DNA of 64,000 nt from an uncultured bacterium. GTDB taxonomy: Bacteria > Patescibacteriota > Minisyncoccia > Phycocordibacterales > UBA9973. Position 1 is the stretch's first letter. The number at the start of each line of letters is the position of its first letter. The stretch is from contig CALCZP010000004.1 in the NCBI GenBank assembly GCA_937903035.1, forward strand, positions 181,506-245,505. Reading direction: 5' to 3'. This document shows, piece after piece, positions 61,501 to 64,000 of this stretch. The translations under genes were made by a program, and so were the position numbers. The notes under the pieces are model-generated. The model was not told the origin of the DNA. It saw only the letters and a list, made by a program, of their open reading frames with translations, and did no database searches.

Positions 61501-64000
61501 GCCTGACCAATAGCGATATTCCCCGAACCTGAAGTGAGATTGTTTAATGTTGCAGGACCAATCGCAACATTGTTTGAACCTGTTGAAAGCGAAGTGAGTG
61601 TATTGTATCCAATACCAAGGTTGTAATTACCAGAAGTAAGCGATGGGACTGCGGCATCACCCACACCAACGTTACCAGTACCAGTACCTAATGATTGCAA
61701 TGCAGCAGCACCAACTGCAACGTTCCACTGTGCTGTAGTACTTGTTGAAAGCGCCGCATTACCCACCGCAACGTTGTCTGATCCGGTTAAATTTGATTGA
61801 AGCGCAAACACACCAATGGCAGTATTTGTCGCACCATCAGTATTTGAGATGAGTGCATTGTAGCCGAGTGCTGTATTTCCTTCAGATCCACCACTTACAT
61901 TAGTTTGTTGAGAGCCGATAATGAAGATGTCGTTAGAACCTGAATATGCAATTGCGTAGTCTTGGATATTAGTGAGTCCTCCACCATTACCATAATATGT
62001 ACCAACTGCATGTATATCTCCATTAACATCAAGAGTATATGACGGCATAGTACCAATACCGACCTTACCTGCAGTTGGCTGAAGGATGAGATTTTCCCAT
62101 GCAACACTTTGGTTTACTGCTTCAATGAAGCCAAAGTTGCTGGTCGTATTATATCCAATGTTGAGTTTATGGCTTGTACTACCTGTACCACGTATCGACA
62201 TTTGAGAAGCACTTCCGCTCGTATTATTAACCAGATTTCCTGCTATCTCAAATGTTCGTGTTGGACCAGTGGTACCAATACCAATACCTGAACCGTTGTC
62301 ATATATAAGACTATTACCAATCGCTGAACCACTTGTGAACTTTGGAATATAATTTGTTGTACCTAAAACACTTGCTGAAGTAAGGACAGGATTACCACCT
62401 ACATACAGATCACCGAAGTATCCAATGTTTGCATTAACTTCATTCCAGCGATACGTTGTAGTACCAAGACTGCCTCCAAAATCATTTGTCGGAACGATGT
62501 TACCGTTTGCTTGCAAGACACCTTCAAAGTTATCACTCGTACTGCTAAGGAGCACGTTTCCTGTATTACCTTTGATATGGAGACGATCCACAAAGCCACC
62601 GATATCAGGCTGCATCACATTGATTGCAAAGTCACCAAAGCGGCCATATTGATCGTAGTTTGGATCTTGAATCGTACCGTCAAGGCGCACGACCTCAATA
62701 TCATTGTTATCAATATCAGCACTCTTAAAGAGAATCGATGCACCAGAGTTGTCACTGTTTGAACTGTTGTCATCACTGCGACGTGTAAGGGTGAGCATTG
62801 TGGTTGGATCACTATAGTTACTATTCACCTGATCAGCCATTAATGACTTGGTTCTGAGGTTACCATTCATATCAAGCTCAAGGAGATTTGCCGGTGCAGA
62901 CCATCCACCAATACGAAATACGTTGTCATAATCAAGCCCCATATTGATTGCAAATGCGCCCCCTCGATGGAATGACATAAACGCTGGTCCTGTGTCATTT
63001 GAATATGCTTGCAACGATGGTGTATCACTTGCATTGAGACTGACAACACCTTTATTACTGTAAAAATGAGTAGCACCATTCACATCTCCACCACTAAGCG
63101 GCAAGTATGAACCGAGTGATGAAGCGGTTGCGAAGTATGACGTGTCATGACCATCAAGCAGATCAGCATCAAGCAAACTTCCTGACCCATCATTACCCTG
63201 TGTCCAAATATTGCTACCGTTTGCAGTAACTGATGTTCCGTACAAATCAAGGTTTGTAATCGTAAATCCTGAACGAGTGACGTTCATAAAGCTATTTGCA
63301 TTACTATATGCATCATTAATAGCACGGAATTGTAATGTCTTGCCGGTTGCATTTTGCTCGATATCCCATCGCTTCTCATTGGTTCCACCACTTGATGCAT
63401 TGGTACTCAAAAGTCTGATTACATTTGCACCATTTTCGACAATACCACCGTAGTCGCTAACATTAACATTCACACTTGATCCAAAGGTAGTTATACCTGA
63501 GGTATCAATCGTTACCCGCGCAACACCACCAGTAACAAGAGAAAGTGGGCTTGCATTTTGTGTTCCTATAATACCTAAATATCCAACGGTTGGGTTGAGA
63601 TAGAGTCGTGCAGTATTCGATGCACCAAGAGCATTAATCGTCACAACAGGCTCGACATCAGTAAATGTTGCATAGGTTGCACTGAGTGATCCACTAAACA
63701 CACCATCTCCTGATCCACCATAGAGTGCTATCTTTTGTGTTCCAGATGCATTATTAACCTGGACGACCCCCTCATTACTCGCATTTGCATACACATTGTA
63801 AATAATATTGCCTGCTGATTGGTTGAGAATATACTGACCAGTTCCATTTGTTGCAGCAACTGTTCTAATTGAACCACTTGAAACTATTGCTCCATTGTTA
63901 TCAACATACAATTTATCAGTACCACTTTTTGCAAGTTGTAATAGATTACCTGAACCAGTTGTGGTCGCGTATATAACTGGTGTGTTGTTTGAAGTAGATA
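58560..64000 (-). CDS. Giant (>1800 aa, 5' end outside the window) surface-fibre / phage-tail-fibre-like protein with a C-terminal Peptidase_S74 intramolecular-chaperone autoprotease domain and an acidic Pro-rich tail
   Basis: The ORF stays open to the window edge. It has repeated (V/I)GIGT..P....L(D/E)V.G motifs typical of tail-fibre/beta-helix repeats. The C-terminus reads LSCSSDERLKKNIVSVEDGILGRILQLRAVTYNWN...GGFIAQEV, matching the SDxRLKxNI...YNW signature of the endosialidase/tail-spike chaperone domain. Confidence 0.7.
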   Translation of the reverse strand, partial: STSNNTPVIYATTTGSGNLLQLAKSGTDKLYVDNNGAIVSSGSIRTVAATNGTGQYILNQSAGNIIYNVYANASNEGVVQVNNASGTQKIALYGGSGDGVFSGSLSATYATFTDVEPVVTINALGASNTARLYLNPTVGYLGIIGTQNASPLSLVTGGVARVTIDTSGITTFGSSVNVNVSDYGGIVENGANVIRLLSTNASSGGTNEKRWDIEQNATGKTLQFRAINDAYSNANSFMNVTRSGFTITNLDLYGTSVTANGSNIWTQGNDGSGSLLDADLLDGHDTSYFATASSLGSYLPLSGGDVNGATHFYSNKGVVSLNASDTPSLQAYSNDTGPAFMSFHRGGAFAINMGLDYDNVFRIGGWSAPANLLELDMNGNLRTKSLMADQVNSNYSDPTTMLTLTRRSDDNSSNSDNSGASILFKSADIDNNDIEVVRLDGTIQDPNYDQYGRFGDFAINVMQPDIGGFVDRLHIKGNTGNVLLSSTSDNFEGVLQANGNIVPTNDFGGSLGTTTYRWNEVNANIGYFGDLYVGGNPVLTSASVLGTTNYIPKFTSGSAIGNSLIYDNGSGIGIGTTGPTRTFEIAGNLVNNTSGSASQMSIRGTGSTSHKLNIGYNTTSNFGFIEAVNQSVAWENLILQPTAGKVGIGTMPSYTLDVNGDIHAVGTYYGNGGGLTNIQDYAIAYSGSNDIFIIGSQQTNVSGGSEGNTALGYNALISNTDGATNTAIGVFALQSNLTGSDNVAVGNAALSTSTTAQWNVAVGAAALQSLGTGTGNVGVGDAAVPSLTSGNYNLGIGYNTLTSLSTGSNNVAIGPATLNNLTSGSGNIAIGQAAYVASATGSNQLSIGNLIYGTGLDGTGTTISSGSIGIGTKAPGAKLEIVGDANSIILRAPTSSSYGSLRIYNDQNSSSRALEIGYGGSAYASALISGGMNGETAYITTTGSKGLQFGTGNTFRMGIDTNGRVGIGTPAPGYNLDVNGNVHASSAIYSDSIIMGSGGSGRAFIGNGCVGTCDETGLYEDYNGTSIASYDYGDGQYVFAGGQFTSNGAGLNVNEPVYVSGTVQNTVYGNLGGTTGNYKTLNRVTGNGQTNSFMINDFLVRESTGTDWQSTSYVRGVSVDASFLTPSTLRSWIKQYPNAGKVSFGDAATEYAQFTGNGLALNPSNSYLNFTGTLGSSGYGIRDNSGTMQYKNSAGSWTNIGSGGGTPAGSNTQIQFNNSGAFGASSNFVWNNGSNQLSVNGGISVSNSATGDGLFNLYGASTYWGMSLSGYQGNDMFSASGNTTTNYISASNRDGNNFLNAVGGTNFSSFTISEPSNGNQAFGISASTTGSSFNVSDQNGDTYFTGYGNSTTASISFQRQGNELFKMYGTGSDTIITATEITGNEFFHLEGDSGQAIMSLTNPITGYQSMLMEAYSTGSAFNIRSPINTDFFVANTSSSSSFLRLKESGSNTAFFYVEANPSTAEIDFRNPSTNQRILNIGGGTSDNGFYFYDHLGSDAFTYGINATNSELNIAGASGGDPFMRFDSNPAGNSSFIGDPNYQSGFKLGIMNTGANFTLDVGDGSLTDGVVARFENQNGHCDIDVDNAVLSCSSDERLKKNIVSVEDGILGRILQLRAVTYNWNKEDDSDPAHGGFIAQEVEQLFPELVKTDPLTGFKSVGYGGFIPYTIKAIQEMDIKVQALPVFEDQTFAEKVATFLQGIAERGEALVDSVKTKKVTTEELCVGTDEDQVCVSKDQLQQLLQNGAANAGGASGGSSNDGSGDEQTPPPADDGGGEVTSPSEETPPVDEGGESAPADEGSGEASAPAPSEGE

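Overview
This 64 kb window looks like a compact, mostly minus-strand bacterial chromosome segment with about 45% GC by eye. The split-up ribosomal-protein and rRNA layout hints at a Patescibacteria/CPR-like or other reduced-genome lineage, but that is low confidence. The window opens with the 5' part of a 23S rRNA gene on the minus strand, and no 16S gene is linked upstream.

Housekeeping genes identified:
- Ribosomal proteins: rplJ-rplL, rpsF-ssb-rpsR, and secE-nusG-rplK.
- DNA maintenance and translation factors: recA, efp, ftsK, recO, ndk.
- Aminoacyl-tRNA synthetases: metG, glyQS, ileS, argS.
- Others: tatD, mgtA, an M16 peptidase, and a MacAB-like ABC/MFP efflux operon with FKBP and SIMPL proteins.

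Accessory content:
1. **Glycan or protein-glycosylation locus (about 5.0-17.6 kb).** It has the hallmarks of an ABC-transporter-dependent pathway: a WbaP-like initiating transferase, Wzm, a Wzt with a C-terminal binding module, a three-domain GT4-GT2-FkbM methyltransferase, two GT2s, a GT11 fucosyltransferase and a WaaL/WsaB-like ligase. Directly beside it is a Ser/Thr-rich secreted surface protein with a peptidoglycan-binding domain.
2. **Unusual IleS.** The gene carries an in-frame insertion of about 200 aa that looks like a histidine-phosphatase (PGAM-like) domain. It sits behind a T-box leader.
3. **AT-rich nucleotide-metabolism island (46.5-50.2 kb).** It contains a DUF1599-like protein, a tandem-duplicated ThyX, an NDT-like protein and a DHFR-like protein.
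4. **Giant surface fibre.** A partial ORF of more than 1800 aa at the window end has tail-fibre-like repeats and a C-terminal S74 intramolecular-chaperone autoprotease domain. A Kelch beta-propeller protein sits next to it.

I also marked many stem-loop/T-run terminators and a few candidate regulatory RNA structures. No CRISPR array, tRNA or obvious transposase was seen. The ORF track translates some TTG/GTG starts as M; I moved several starts to downstream ATG codons where that removed gene overlaps. All calls rest on reading motifs by eye, with no database searches.
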